From: an uncultured Clostridiaceae bacterium
GTDB taxonomy: Bacteria; Bacillota; Clostridia; TANB77; CAG-508
Length of the DNA: 64,000 nt
Reading direction: 5' to 3'
NCBI GenBank assembly: GCA_948469815.1
Contig: CAOKMR010000001.1
Location: 6,710 to 70,709, forward strand
Each line of letters opens with the position of its first letter. Position 1 is the first letter of the stretch. Below, piece by piece: positions 42,459-52,044 of this stretch. The translations under genes were made by a program, and so were the position numbers. The notes under the pieces are model-generated. The model had not been told where the DNA came from. It made no database searches and saw only the letters and a list, made by a program, of their open reading frames with translations.

Positions 42459-42722
42459 TTAGTGTTCAAAATATTTATCAGTATCATTATATAAATCATC
42501 TAAGTTGATATTTAGAGCTAAGCAAAAGGCTTTAATCTCAAAATCTTTGACAAGTCTTTTATTATTTTCAATTTCGTAGATGTCAGCAATAAACATGGTA
42601 ACCCCCAATAATTGCATTCTTTTACACAAGTCAGGTTGAGAGAGTTTTTGTTGTTCACGATATTTTTTGATATTTGTACCAACAATATTGACTTGATTAT
42701 TTAGTTTTCTAATAATACCCAT
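42459..42722 (-). CDS. XRE-family HTH transcriptional regulator
   Basis: 87 aa. HTH: LSQPDLCKRMQLLGVTMFIADIYEIENNKR. Confidence 0.55.
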   Translation of the reverse strand: MGIIRKLNNQVNIVGTNIKKYREQQKLSQPDLCKRMQLLGVTMFIADIYEIENNKRLVKDFEIKAFCLALNINLDDLYNDTDKYFEH

Positions 42723-42848
42723 TTTGTAAACTCCTTTTTATATTTACCTTTAAATATTCTATAATATTTTTATTGCCTAACCTACAAACTGGGTTTTATT
42801 TTTTAGAAGGAATTGATAAAAAATTAAAAAGAGGAGGTGTATATATTA

Positions 42849-43018
42849 TGCCTATAGTATATATGAATTTAACCGAAGAGCAAAGATTGCAAATCCTATT
42901 TTTTTCGCTTGTGATGTTAGCAATATGTGGAGTATTACAATATATAAAAATTAAGTATAAAGATAAGATAGAGAAATGTAATAATAAAATTATAAAGAAA
43001 ATTTTTGAACAATTATAA
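42849..43018 (+). CDS. Small membrane protein
   Basis: ATG after AGAGGAGGTG. One TM helix. Confidence 0.25.
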
Positions 43019-43128
43019 GTATATTGTTAGTGAAAATTTTATGATTTTCTCAAAATAGTAAAAGGTTAAATTGTTATTTTTTTTCTCACATTGAAAATAT
43101 ATATAAATATATATAAACTAATGATGAG

Positions 43129-43488
43129 GTGAGGAGAATGGAAGAATATATTAGGACTATAAGAAAAATATTAGGAAATGAAAAATTTAATCAATTATCA
43201 CATGAGCTATATGAAAGAGTAGACAAAAAATATAGAAAGATTAGTATAGATGATGCTAATGAGATAGTAAACTTTAATCTAGCTAATATCTTAGTAATTG
43301 CAATTGAAAAGGCTAGAGGCTGTGAAAAGAAAGATATAATAAAAGTTATTAGTTGGTATAATCTAGGTCCAAAATCATTTTTATTAGAAAAGCAAATAAG
43401 TAGTTTTGAAGAAAATTATTCAGAGTATATTGCACTAATAATAAAAAAAGTTAAAGAAGATAATGTATTAGCAGAAAGTAACATGTAA
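43129..43488 (+). CDS. Hypothetical protein
   Basis: 119 aa. Confidence 0.25.
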   Translation: MRRMEEYIRTIRKILGNEKFNQLSHELYERVDKKYRKISIDDANEIVNFNLANILVIAIEKARGCEKKDIIKVISWYNLGPKSFLLEKQISSFEENYSEYIALIIKKVKEDNVLAESNM

Positions 43489-43603
43489 AAGTGTTACTTT
43501 TCCTTTTTTCTGAACTAGTTATAATAGATATACTCTATTATAATTATAAACAAATAAAAGAGTAAAAGGTTTAATAGTTTAGAGTAAATTTTATAAAAGA
43601 CAC

Positions 43604-43716
43604 AAATTCCACATAAATACACTTATGTAGAATTTATAAAAATAAAAGTAGAAATATGAAATATAAAATTCTACATAAATAACAAAAGGTGATGTAAAAA
43701 AATTCAACATAAATGG
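43604..43716. promoter_or_regulatory. Repeat cluster upstream of tyrosine recombinase gene: 13-bp inverted repeat plus three direct copies of TTC(C/T/A)ACATAAAT
   Basis: ttatgtagaattt (43624-43636) pairs with aaattctacataa (43667-43679). Direct copies lie at 43604, 43667 and 43700. Confidence 0.4.
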
Positions 43717-43727
43717 AGGAGTAAAAA

Positions 43728-44660
43728 ATGGGTAAAGAAGAATTAAATAAAAATAGAACACAAAAAGAATTGATGTCAGAATTTGAAAGATATTTAGAGG
43801 AAAATTATCCAAACACTGAAGACAAAAATACACAAAAGGCATATTTAAGTGATGTTAATATGTTTTATAAATACTTTGAAGAAAATTTTAGTGAAATAAT
43901 AATTTCCTTTTCTAGAGCTGATATTATAGAATATAAAAATTATATGTTAAAAGAAAAGGGTTATAAGGCTACAACAATTAATAGAAAATTAGCATCATTG
44001 TCTGTATATGAAAATTTTTTAATAGAAAAAGGAATAAAAGACGTAAAATCAATAAAAGAACAAGACTTTTATAAAATAACTGTACCTTACATTACAGCTG
44101 ATATGTTACCAAGAAAAGCAATGAAAAAAGTAGAACTATTGGCTGGAAAAACTAATATTAGAGATCAAGTAATATTAGTTTTTATACATGAAGGGGGATT
44201 AAGAGTCTCTGAAGTAATAAATATACAGTTAGAAAGAGATGTTAATTTAGAAATGCGTAAAATTACTATATGGGGAAAAGGAAATAGAATTAGAGAAATT
44301 ATTATAACTAATGCTATGTTTGATATTTTAGAGGAATATTTACCTATAAGGGATAAACAATTGGCTGGAAGAGAAAATAAGTACTTAATTATAAGTAACA
44401 AATCAGTAACTACAGGAAAAAGAATTGATAGGAGTATGGTTAATAAAATGTTAGAAAAGTATTGTAAAAAAGTTAATGAAAATAGTATTAATCCACATAT
44501 TTTTAGACATGACTTTGCTACAAATAAATATGAAGAGGGGTATACTGATATGATGTTAAAAAAGTCATTAGGTCAAACGTCTAATGCCACAGATAGATAT
44601 ATACACCCAGGTGGTGAGAAAATCCAAAATGAAATACGACAAAATTCGACAAAAAAATAA
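43728..44660 (+). CDS. Tyrosine recombinase (phage integrase / XerD-like)
   Basis: 310 aa with an N-terminal SAM-like domain. The C-terminal catalytic region includes …RHDFATN… and a tyrosine near the C-terminus (DRYIHPG). Confidence 0.7.
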   Translation: MGKEELNKNRTQKELMSEFERYLEENYPNTEDKNTQKAYLSDVNMFYKYFEENFSEIIISFSRADIIEYKNYMLKEKGYKATTINRKLASLSVYENFLIEKGIKDVKSIKEQDFYKITVPYITADMLPRKAMKKVELLAGKTNIRDQVILVFIHEGGLRVSEVINIQLERDVNLEMRKITIWGKGNRIREIIITNAMFDILEEYLPIRDKQLAGRENKYLIISNKSVTTGKRIDRSMVNKMLEKYCKKVNENSINPHIFRHDFATNKYEEGYTDMMLKKSLGQTSNATDRYIHPGGEKIQNEIRQNSTKK

Positions 44661-44749
44661 AAAAAGATAATTTGAGTAGTAAGGCTATCATATTTACATT
44701 TTATGTAAAGTGTGCTAAAATTTTATTATAGTAATAATAGGGAGGTATT

Positions 44750-45442
44750 ATGGTTAAGGTACTTATTGCTGAGGATAATATGTCAATCAGTATACATCTT
44801 TCAAATATAATTAATTTTACAAAATCTGCTCAGGCAATATCTATTATTAATGATGAAACAAAAGTCTATGAAGCAATAAAATTATTAGAACCTGAAATCG
44901 TTATACTTGATTTAAAATTACAAAAGGGAGATGGATTTGAGATTTTACGAAAGATAGAAAATGATATTGCAATAAAAACAAGAGTCGTAATATATTCAGA
45001 AGAAACAAATTACATGGCTAGAGTGTTGGAATTCAAGAGTGTAGAGAAAGTATTTAATAAAATTGAATCTTATGAAGATGTTGGATTAGAAATTCAGAAA
45101 ATAGCAAAAAATATTGCTAATAAAGAATTGGATAAAAAAATTTACGAAATACTCTTTAAAATGGGATTTAGAGCTGAACATAAAGGAACACAACTTATTA
45201 AAGAATGTATTGAAATGTCAACTAAAGAAAAACAAGAAAATTTAAAGACAATTTATGAAAAATTAGCAGAAGTAGAAGAAAAAAAATCATATACAATTAA
45301 AGCAGATATACAGGTAGCAGTTAATAAAATGTGGCTATATGGTAATAAAGAAAAAATAAGAAAGTTTTTACGATTAGGTGAATATGAAAAGCCAAGTCCT
45401 AAATGCGTTGTTTCTATGGTAAGGTATTATATTGAGCAGTAG
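44750..45442 (+). CDS. Spo0A-like regulator (degenerate receiver plus Spo0A C-terminal DNA-binding domain)
   Basis: Receiver-like N-terminus (VLIAEDN…IVILDLKL). The C-terminal part (GFRAEHKGTQLIKECI…TIKADIQVAVNKMW) resembles Spo0A_C. Confidence 0.45.
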   Translation: MVKVLIAEDNMSISIHLSNIINFTKSAQAISIINDETKVYEAIKLLEPEIVILDLKLQKGDGFEILRKIENDIAIKTRVVIYSEETNYMARVLEFKSVEKVFNKIESYEDVGLEIQKIAKNIANKELDKKIYEILFKMGFRAEHKGTQLIKECIEMSTKEKQENLKTIYEKLAEVEEKKSYTIKADIQVAVNKMWLYGNKEKIRKFLRLGEYEKPSPKCVVSMVRYYIEQ

Positions 45443-45543
45443 GACATAGACTATCATTATTTTTAATTTAAATTATAATTTTCAATTGTAAATCAAAAAT
45501 CTCATTCGTTAAGAATGAGATTTTTGAATATTAATAAAAAATA

Positions 45544-46071
45544 CTACCAATTACCTTGTAATGCTATTTTGCTACCAGCAGATGCTTGACTGAAACCTGT
45601 ATCAACAAAGCCATAATCAACGCCATCTCCTGAAACACGAACCCATTGACCTTTTGTACTTTTTACATATGTAACTTTCATCCAATCACTGTGTTTTTGT
45701 CCTGGTGTGCAAGTATCTGTAGCTACATACATTCCTGCTGCTACTGTTCCCCAACGATCACTATTTTGACCTGCTTTATAAACAGGCATACTTCTTCTCA
45801 TACGATAAATTTTATAGTCTTTACCATTAATATTCTCTATTGCATAAGGAAGCTGATCAATACCTGCATGGTAAAATGTTTGATCGGAGATTATTCCAGA
45901 AGTTATTACACCACTTGAGTTTCTAAATGCTACAACTTCATTATGTTCTGTATTACAAATACAAAGTTCATTAGGGTATAATCTTCCTACTATTTTGTTT
46001 GATAGTATAGGATATTCTCTTATTATATAGGTATTTTTAGTATTATTTATACCAATATAAATTTGACTCAT
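45544..46071 (-). CDS. Hypothetical protein, paralog of 53939-54517, with SH3b-like C-terminus
   Basis: Shares …GxVAAGxxVAT…WVRVxGDGxxxGFVDTG…GNW with the paralog. Flanked by the terminator hairpin aatctcattc/gaatgagatt. Confidence 0.3.
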   Translation of the reverse strand: MSQIYIGINNTKNTYIIREYPILSNKIVGRLYPNELCICNTEHNEVVAFRNSSGVITSGIISDQTFYHAGIDQLPYAIENINGKDYKIYRMRRSMPVYKAGQNSDRWGTVAAGMYVATDTCTPGQKHSDWMKVTYVKSTKGQWVRVSGDGVDYGFVDTGFSQASAGSKIALQGNW

Positions 46072-46302
46072 AATTTTCTCCCTTCTAAATATGTAAAATT
46101 TTACTAAATCTGATCAGATGATTAGTATGGTGATATTATATCTATTCTTTTAGAATTTAATTGTAAAGTTGATTAAAGTGTATAAAAATTTAATATTAGA
46201 TATAACTATCTTAAAAATACTCTATTTTTCACTATAAAACGCAATTTTTTTTAATATGTTGCTATTTTTATTGTAAATTACGATTAAAAAGGAGGAAATC
46301 TT

Positions 46303-46776
46303 ATGGAAGAAGAAATGTTAAAAATATTTAATAAAACAACTACTACAATAAGTGGCATTTGTACAATACTCACATCAATATTTGGAATTGAATGGGTATT
46401 GTTTGCAGGATATTTACTATTGAATCTAGTGGATTATTTTACAGGAACTATAAAAGCTAAGGTAAAAAAATCTGAGAGTTCTAATAGAGGATTAGTTGGG
46501 GTAGTTAAAAAAATTTGTTATTGGATTCTTATAGGGGTATCGTTTTTTATATCATATTTACTAGTACAATTAGGAAATAAAATTAACATTAATTTAGAAT
46601 TTATCATGCTTTTTGGCTGGTTTACTCTTGCTTGTCTAATAATAAACGAGTCTAGAAGCATTATAGAGAATCTAATTGAAATTGGTATAAATGTTCCAGA
46701 ATTTCTAAAAAAAGGATTAGAACAATATCAAAAAATAATAGATAACACAATAAATAATTTAGATAATAAGAAATAA
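46303..46776 (+). CDS. Holin (toxin-secretion / phage-lysis holin family, TcdE/UviB-like)
   Basis: 157 aa with three TM helices. …VLFAGYLLLNLVDYFTGTIKA… resembles that family. Confidence 0.55.
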   Translation: MEEEMLKIFNKTTTTISGICTILTSIFGIEWVLFAGYLLLNLVDYFTGTIKAKVKKSESSNRGLVGVVKKICYWILIGVSFFISYLLVQLGNKININLEFIMLFGWFTLACLIINESRSIIENLIEIGINVPEFLKKGLEQYQKIIDNTINNLDNKK

Positions 46777-47354
46777 TTGCACTTTATGAATGGTATATAA
46801 TATTTCTGTTACTGTGTGAAAAAAGTATCTTTTTTTATCTTTTTCGATATTTACATAATTTATACTATATACTAAATATAATAACTGTGATGGTGAAAAG
46901 GCAATATATTAGTAAGTAAATTAAAAATATGATATTGATTATGAGCCTTAGTCTTACCTTTAATTGAGTTCTAGTCATGAATAAGTAAAGAATTAAAACA
47001 TTTATTTTTATAAATCTTACACTTAAATTCAATTAAAATAACAATTTTCTTATGTACAAGGGGCGAAATTCGTCTCTTTTTGTATTTACAAAAAACAGCT
47101 ATAATCACTTTAGAAGTTTATACAGAGTTTTTATTTTTATATGTTACCGAAAAAGTTACTTCAATACTTTTAATATAATAATTAATTTACATGATTTTAT
47201 AAAAATTAAACGATAAAAAATTTTAGGATTGAAATTATGTAAAGAATTTTACACTATTATACATTAGTATACATTTTATTACATTCGACACCATTTTTCA
47301 TACATAACTGTAAGAATATAGTAAAATCACTAAAAAGAATCAAAAATGTAGGAG

Positions 47355-48125
47355 GTGAATATGAAAAAAGGTATTGATATATCATATCACAATGGAAGTG
47401 TAAATATGTCAGAGGTGAAGTTAAGTGGAATAGAATTTATTATTTTAAGACTAGGATATAGAAAAAAAGAAAATCATATTGATAAGAAATTTTATGAAAA
47501 TTACAATAATGCTATTCAACAAGGAATACCGATAGGAGTATATATATATTCTTATGCTCTTAATACAAATGATGCTTTAAAGGAAGCACAGTTTGTTTTA
47601 GATACAGTAAAAGATCTTAAGTTGGAGTATCCAATTTATATTGATATGGAGGATGCAGATAATTATAAATCACAAAATAAAGTAAATTACTCTACTTGTA
47701 TTGATATATGTGAGACTTTTTGCAATTGTATAGAAAATGCTGGTTATTATGTGGGAATTTATGCTAATTTAGATTGGTTAAATAATAAAATAAATGACAG
47801 TAGATTAGACAAATTTGATAAATGGGTAGCTCAGTGGTCAAATAGTTGTAAGTATAAAAAGGAATTTGGAATGTGGCAATATTCATCTAATGGAAATATA
47901 TCTGGAATAGCTGGAAAAGTAGATTTAAACTATGATTTGAGAGATTATCCTTCTATAATAAGAAATGCTAAACTAAATTTATTAACTGAAAAAAATAATA
48001 TCTATGTAGTGCAATCTGGTGATACTCTTACTAAAATTGCAAAAAAATTTAATACAAACTGGAAAGAAATCTATAATTTAAATAAAGAAACGATAGGTGA
48101 TAATCCTAATTTTATCCAAATTTGA
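47355..48125 (+). CDS. GH25 muramidase (lysozyme) with C-terminal LysM domain
   Basis: GIDISYHNG, GVYIYSY and IYIDMED fit GH25. C-terminal YVVQSGDTLTKIAKKF…NPNFIQI fits LysM, which appears to stop early. Confidence 0.8.
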   Translation: MNMKKGIDISYHNGSVNMSEVKLSGIEFIILRLGYRKKENHIDKKFYENYNNAIQQGIPIGVYIYSYALNTNDALKEAQFVLDTVKDLKLEYPIYIDMEDADNYKSQNKVNYSTCIDICETFCNCIENAGYYVGIYANLDWLNNKINDSRLDKFDKWVAQWSNSCKYKKEFGMWQYSSNGNISGIAGKVDLNYDLRDYPSIIRNAKLNLLTEKNNIYVVQSGDTLTKIAKKFNTNWKEIYNLNKETIGDNPNFIQI

Positions 48126-48153
48126 CAAAAATTAATTGTTAGGGAGGAATAGA

Positions 48154-48507
48154 ATGGAGGACAAGAAAACAAAAGAGTTTATATTGAATGAATTATCAAA
48201 GTTTAGTTTTAGAAAGTATACAAAAGGATTCAGATACCTTAATGAAGCAATATATATGTGCATAAAGGATGCTGATGCTATAGAAAATTTACATAAAAAT
48301 GTGTTCCCTTTTATTGCAGAGAAATATAAAGAGAAATCGCCATCAAATGTTAAGTGGTGTATAGAACAATCTGTAAGGACTATGTATAATAATACAGAAG
48401 AGAGTAAAATATGTAAATATTTTAATATAGGAGAAAATACAAAACCTAGTTTAAAATCTATTATATATACAGTACTGTGTAAATATGAATGGAATAACAA
48501 TGTATAA
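48154..48507 (+). CDS. Stand-alone Spo0A C-terminal-domain-like protein
   Basis: ATG after AGGGAGGAATAGA. …KGFRYLNEAIYMCI…NVKWCIEQSVRTMY parallels Spo0A_C. Confidence 0.4.
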   Translation: MEDKKTKEFILNELSKFSFRKYTKGFRYLNEAIYMCIKDADAIENLHKNVFPFIAEKYKEKSPSNVKWCIEQSVRTMYNNTEESKICKYFNIGENTKPSLKSIIYTVLCKYEWNNNV

Positions 48508-48640
48508 GATGATTAACTGGATATTAAAAATAAATTGAAATAAAGAATACAAGTGTTAAATGATTAATAAACAAAAGCGAGATTTCAATAATAGTCTCGT
48601 TTTTATTTATAACTGATTCTTTTATAAAAGAGATAAAGTA

Positions 48641-48985
48641 TTAAAAATTAGGAAAATCTTGCTTAAGAAAGAATATAATTTTTGAAATTGACTTAGAATG
48701 AATCTTAATAGTATCAAGAGATTTAAAATAATCGTAAACAAGAGAATTATTAGTCGTACTATTTAACAATATTATATTTTTATAATCATCAAATTTAAGG
48801 AATTGTGCTGTAGCAACTACAAATATGTATTGAACATATCTATCTAGTGAAATATTTAAATCAATTAATATGCTATTATCAAATTCATTTAATATAGTAT
48901 CAATAATATCAAATAGATTTTCTTTGCCATGTTTTTGAATAAAATGTTGAAAAAAGGGATATGATAAATCCATAAATAAAAACAC
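48641..48985 (-). CDS. Hypothetical protein
   Basis: 114 aa ORF. Confidence 0.25.
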   Translation of the reverse strand: MFLFMDLSYPFFQHFIQKHGKENLFDIIDTILNEFDNSILIDLNISLDRYVQYIFVVATAQFLKFDDYKNIILLNSTTNNSLVYDYFKSLDTIKIHSKSISKIIFFLKQDFPNF

Positions 48986-49047
48986 CTCTTAATATATAGA
49001 TACTAAGTATATTAAAAAGGTTTCAAAAAGTATAAAAATTATTAAGA

Positions 49048-49392
49048 TTATTGTCCTGAGTGTTTATTTTGTCTCATGAATTTTATTGTATATAATATAA
49101 ATTCTTTTTCTTCCAGAGTAAGATTTGATATTTCGTTTAAAATAATAGAATCCATGCATTCACATTTATTGGAAATGAATTCTTTTAAAATATGGTTTGG
49201 AGTTATATTTAATGCATTGCATATTTTTACTAGAGTTAAACTAGAAGCAATGTTTTCTCCACGTTCTATTAATGAAAGTGTATCAGAAGAAATTTGTGCT
49301 TTCTCAGATAAACCTTCCTGTGTAACCTTTCTATACATTTTGATATGTTCCCCAACAGATTTTTTAAATTTACTTTCATCAATATTTTGCAT
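49048..49392 (-). CDS. XRE-family HTH transcriptional regulator
   Basis: HTH: …VTQEGLSEKAQISSDTLSLIERGEN…. Confidence 0.55.
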   Translation of the reverse strand: MQNIDESKFKKSVGEHIKMYRKVTQEGLSEKAQISSDTLSLIERGENIASSLTLVKICNALNITPNHILKEFISNKCECMDSIILNEISNLTLEEKEFILYTIKFMRQNKHSGQ

Positions 49393-49549
49393 ATACTTCC
49401 TCCTAAACTATTTTATAATTATATCAATTGTAAAAGTAAAAATTAAGATATTATAATACGAATGAAAATATGACAAAAACCGACAATTTGCAACAAAAAA
49501 ACAAATGTGTTAAAATTAAATCGTACTACAATACGAAAAAGGAGAAGAA

Positions 49550-49981
49550 ATGAAAAAAAGTTTGATTTATAATTTACTATCTAATGATAAAAGAATAAAA
49601 AGGTTTAAATATTTTCATTTAGTAGAGGAAAAGACAATTATATGCTTTCTTATGCAGATTGGTGATAAAAGGGAAAATATGCTAAAGAATTTTAAAAGAA
49701 TGTTATATTTAAATAAAAGCATAACAATAACAAAGGTTAATTCTTTATGGAAAAACAATAATATTACCAATAAAGCTAAATCAGATGAAAATAGGGAAAT
49801 AAAAGAGTATGAAAGGTTAAAGGTTAAAATTAAGAAATATATAGAAAAAATTGATTTAACAAATAACAAAGGGATTACTAATGCATTTGAAACTTTAATT
49901 TTATATGAAGAAACTATTAGAAAATTATATATTGATGGAGTAGAAGATATAAAAAATACTGAAGACATTACGAAAATGTAA
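49550..49981 (+). CDS. Hypothetical protein
   Basis: 143 aa. Confidence 0.25.
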   Translation: MKKSLIYNLLSNDKRIKRFKYFHLVEEKTIICFLMQIGDKRENMLKNFKRMLYLNKSITITKVNSLWKNNNITNKAKSDENREIKEYERLKVKIKKYIEKIDLTNNKGITNAFETLILYEETIRKLYIDGVEDIKNTEDITKM

Positions 49982-50068
49982 GAAATTGTATTTTACTTTT
50001 TTATAAATTTAAAATATAATAATGTGTAACTAAATTTAGGGAAATATTATCTAATAAAAGGGGATTTA

Positions 50069-51457
50069 ATGGAAGAACTAGTAGAGAAAGTGAAAAATGG
50101 AGATAAAGAAATATACAGAGATCTAATATCAGATATGAAAGAAGAACTATATAGAATAGCTAAAAAGAAAATTAAAAATTCTAATGATATAGAAGATGTC
50201 ATCCAAGAAACTATAATTAATGGATATTTTAAAATAGGACAGTTAAGAAATAACAAACATTTTAGAACATGGATTATAAAAATACTAATTAATGAATGTA
50301 ATCTATTTTACAGAAATAAAAGACACGAAGATGATATAAAAAATAGATATAAAGATGAGTTAGAAACAAAAGGTTTCAAGAATGATTCTGTAGGGTTTGA
50401 TAATCTAATACAAGATTTAAATGATATCGAAAAAAATATTTTTAAATTATATTATGAAGAAGAACAATCTATAGAAGAGATATCTAATATTTTGAAAATT
50501 AATAAAAATACCATAAAAACAAAGTTACGTAGAGGAAGAGAAAAAGTAAATTCTACATATAAGAAGATTATTATGACAGTTGTAATCTTAGCAATTATAA
50601 CAACAGGAATAACATTTGGAAAAGATATAATAAATTACTTAAAAGATATCTTTAATTTAAGCAGTATAGGTCAAAATAACGATGGAATATTGATGGCAAT
50701 AGAGGAAAAAGAATGGATACAAAATATTGAAATGGACTATATAGAGTTAGACAAAGGATATAAAATAAGAATTGATTACTTATTAGTTGATGATATTAAT
50801 ATGTATATGATTTATGACTTGAAATCGGATGAAGATCTGAATGAATATGATAGAATGAGTATAATAGATTTAACCATTAAAGATGAAAATAATAATATTA
50901 TATTTAATAATAAAGATCTAATGGAAGAAACTATAGTTCAATTAGAAGGATGGAAGAATATAGAAACTGAGTCAAACACCAATATAAAAGAGTTAAACTA
51001 TATGATATCAAATGGAAATTTCAATATGAAAAAATTAGAAATAACTTTTTCAAAAGTTATGATTTATAGTAGTAATAATCCAAGCAAAGACAGTAAAATA
51101 ATTAATGAAAATGAAAAGAAGATATATATAGACATAGATGAAAAGTTTATTAATACCAATACTATTGAATATATTACAGAATATGAAGATAATAATGAAT
51201 ATAATATTCAAAAGGCTATAATAACAGAAACAGGTTTTTATGCCATTATAAAGAGTAAAAATATGGATGTAAATTTTACATTAGAAATAGATGAGCATTA
51301 TAAACATAAATGTAGTTATAGGCTATTAAGTTCATATAACAGTGAAGAAATATATTATTATTTGATTTTATCAGATATCAACTTAACAGATAATTATAAA
51401 CAGTTATTATTAAAAAATAAAAATGAAGTTATAAGGTTATATAAAAAGGAAATCTAG
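50069..51457 (+). CDS. ECF-type sigma-70 factor fused to a transmembrane helix and ~270-aa extracytoplasmic domain
   Basis: Sigma region 2 (DVIQETIINGYFKIGQLRN…FRTWIIKILINE) and region 4 (…SIEEISNILKINKNTIKTKLRRGREKV), then a TM helix (IIMTVVILAIITTGITFG) and a large C-terminal domain. Confidence 0.6.
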   Translation: MEELVEKVKNGDKEIYRDLISDMKEELYRIAKKKIKNSNDIEDVIQETIINGYFKIGQLRNNKHFRTWIIKILINECNLFYRNKRHEDDIKNRYKDELETKGFKNDSVGFDNLIQDLNDIEKNIFKLYYEEEQSIEEISNILKINKNTIKTKLRRGREKVNSTYKKIIMTVVILAIITTGITFGKDIINYLKDIFNLSSIGQNNDGILMAIEEKEWIQNIEMDYIELDKGYKIRIDYLLVDDINMYMIYDLKSDEDLNEYDRMSIIDLTIKDENNNIIFNNKDLMEETIVQLEGWKNIETESNTNIKELNYMISNGNFNMKKLEITFSKVMIYSSNNPSKDSKIINENEKKIYIDIDEKFINTNTIEYITEYEDNNEYNIQKAIITETGFYAIIKSKNMDVNFTLEIDEHYKHKCSYRLLSSYNSEEIYYYLILSDINLTDNYKQLLLKNKNEVIRLYKKEI

Positions 51458-51482
51458 GCAGAAATGCCTAGATATTTTAATA

Positions 51483-51911
51483 TTACCAACTATAGGATGT
51501 TAGTTCTATATTTATAGTATCAGAAGAATTACATTTACATTCAATAGAAACATCACTAGAACCAGACAAACCTAAGAATATGTAGTCAAATTTTTTTAAT
51601 GAACCATTTGTAGATATTGTATATTTATTAGTAACTTTACGACTAGCAATGGTTACATATATTGTTACATCGTAAATATTTCCAGATGATGATGTAGACT
51701 TAGCTTCAATAGCCATAAAAGTGCCATCATAGTTTTTAGTTATTGGTCTACTACTACCTTTAAATTGAATAGAACCTGTAGAATAGTAGGCATAAGGTTG
51801 AATACTATATGGACTTGAAGCCTTAACTGGAGTAGAACATATAAATAAATTCACTAACAAGAATGACATTAGTATGCAAGTAGATAATTTCGTAACTAGC
51901 TTTTTCATCAA
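51483..51911 (-). CDS. Small secreted protein (signal peptide)
   Basis: 142 aa. Signal peptide with …VKASS cleavage-like site. Ser/Thr-rich mature part with two Cys. Confidence 0.3.
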   Translation of the reverse strand: MMKKLVTKLSTCILMSFLLVNLFICSTPVKASSPYSIQPYAYYSTGSIQFKGSSRPITKNYDGTFMAIEAKSTSSSGNIYDVTIYVTIASRKVTNKYTISTNGSLKKFDYIFLGLSGSSDVSIECKCNSSDTINIELTSYSW

Positions 51912-52044
51912 TACACCTCCTTTATAAAATTTTAATAAATTATATCAACGAATATATAAATAAATATAAAAAGATAAAAAAAAATAAAATGATAATGAAA
52001 CCTAATAAGAATTTTTTGTATCTAATTAGTAGAAACATTGTGAG

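Noticed and set aside
43728-44660. Considered calling the tyrosine-recombinase-fold protein a TcpM-like relaxase
   Set aside because: Its length, N-terminal SAM-like domain and C-terminal RHD…Y layout fit an ordinary XerD/phage integrase better. Without an HMM search the relaxase idea is only a possibility (noted under findings).
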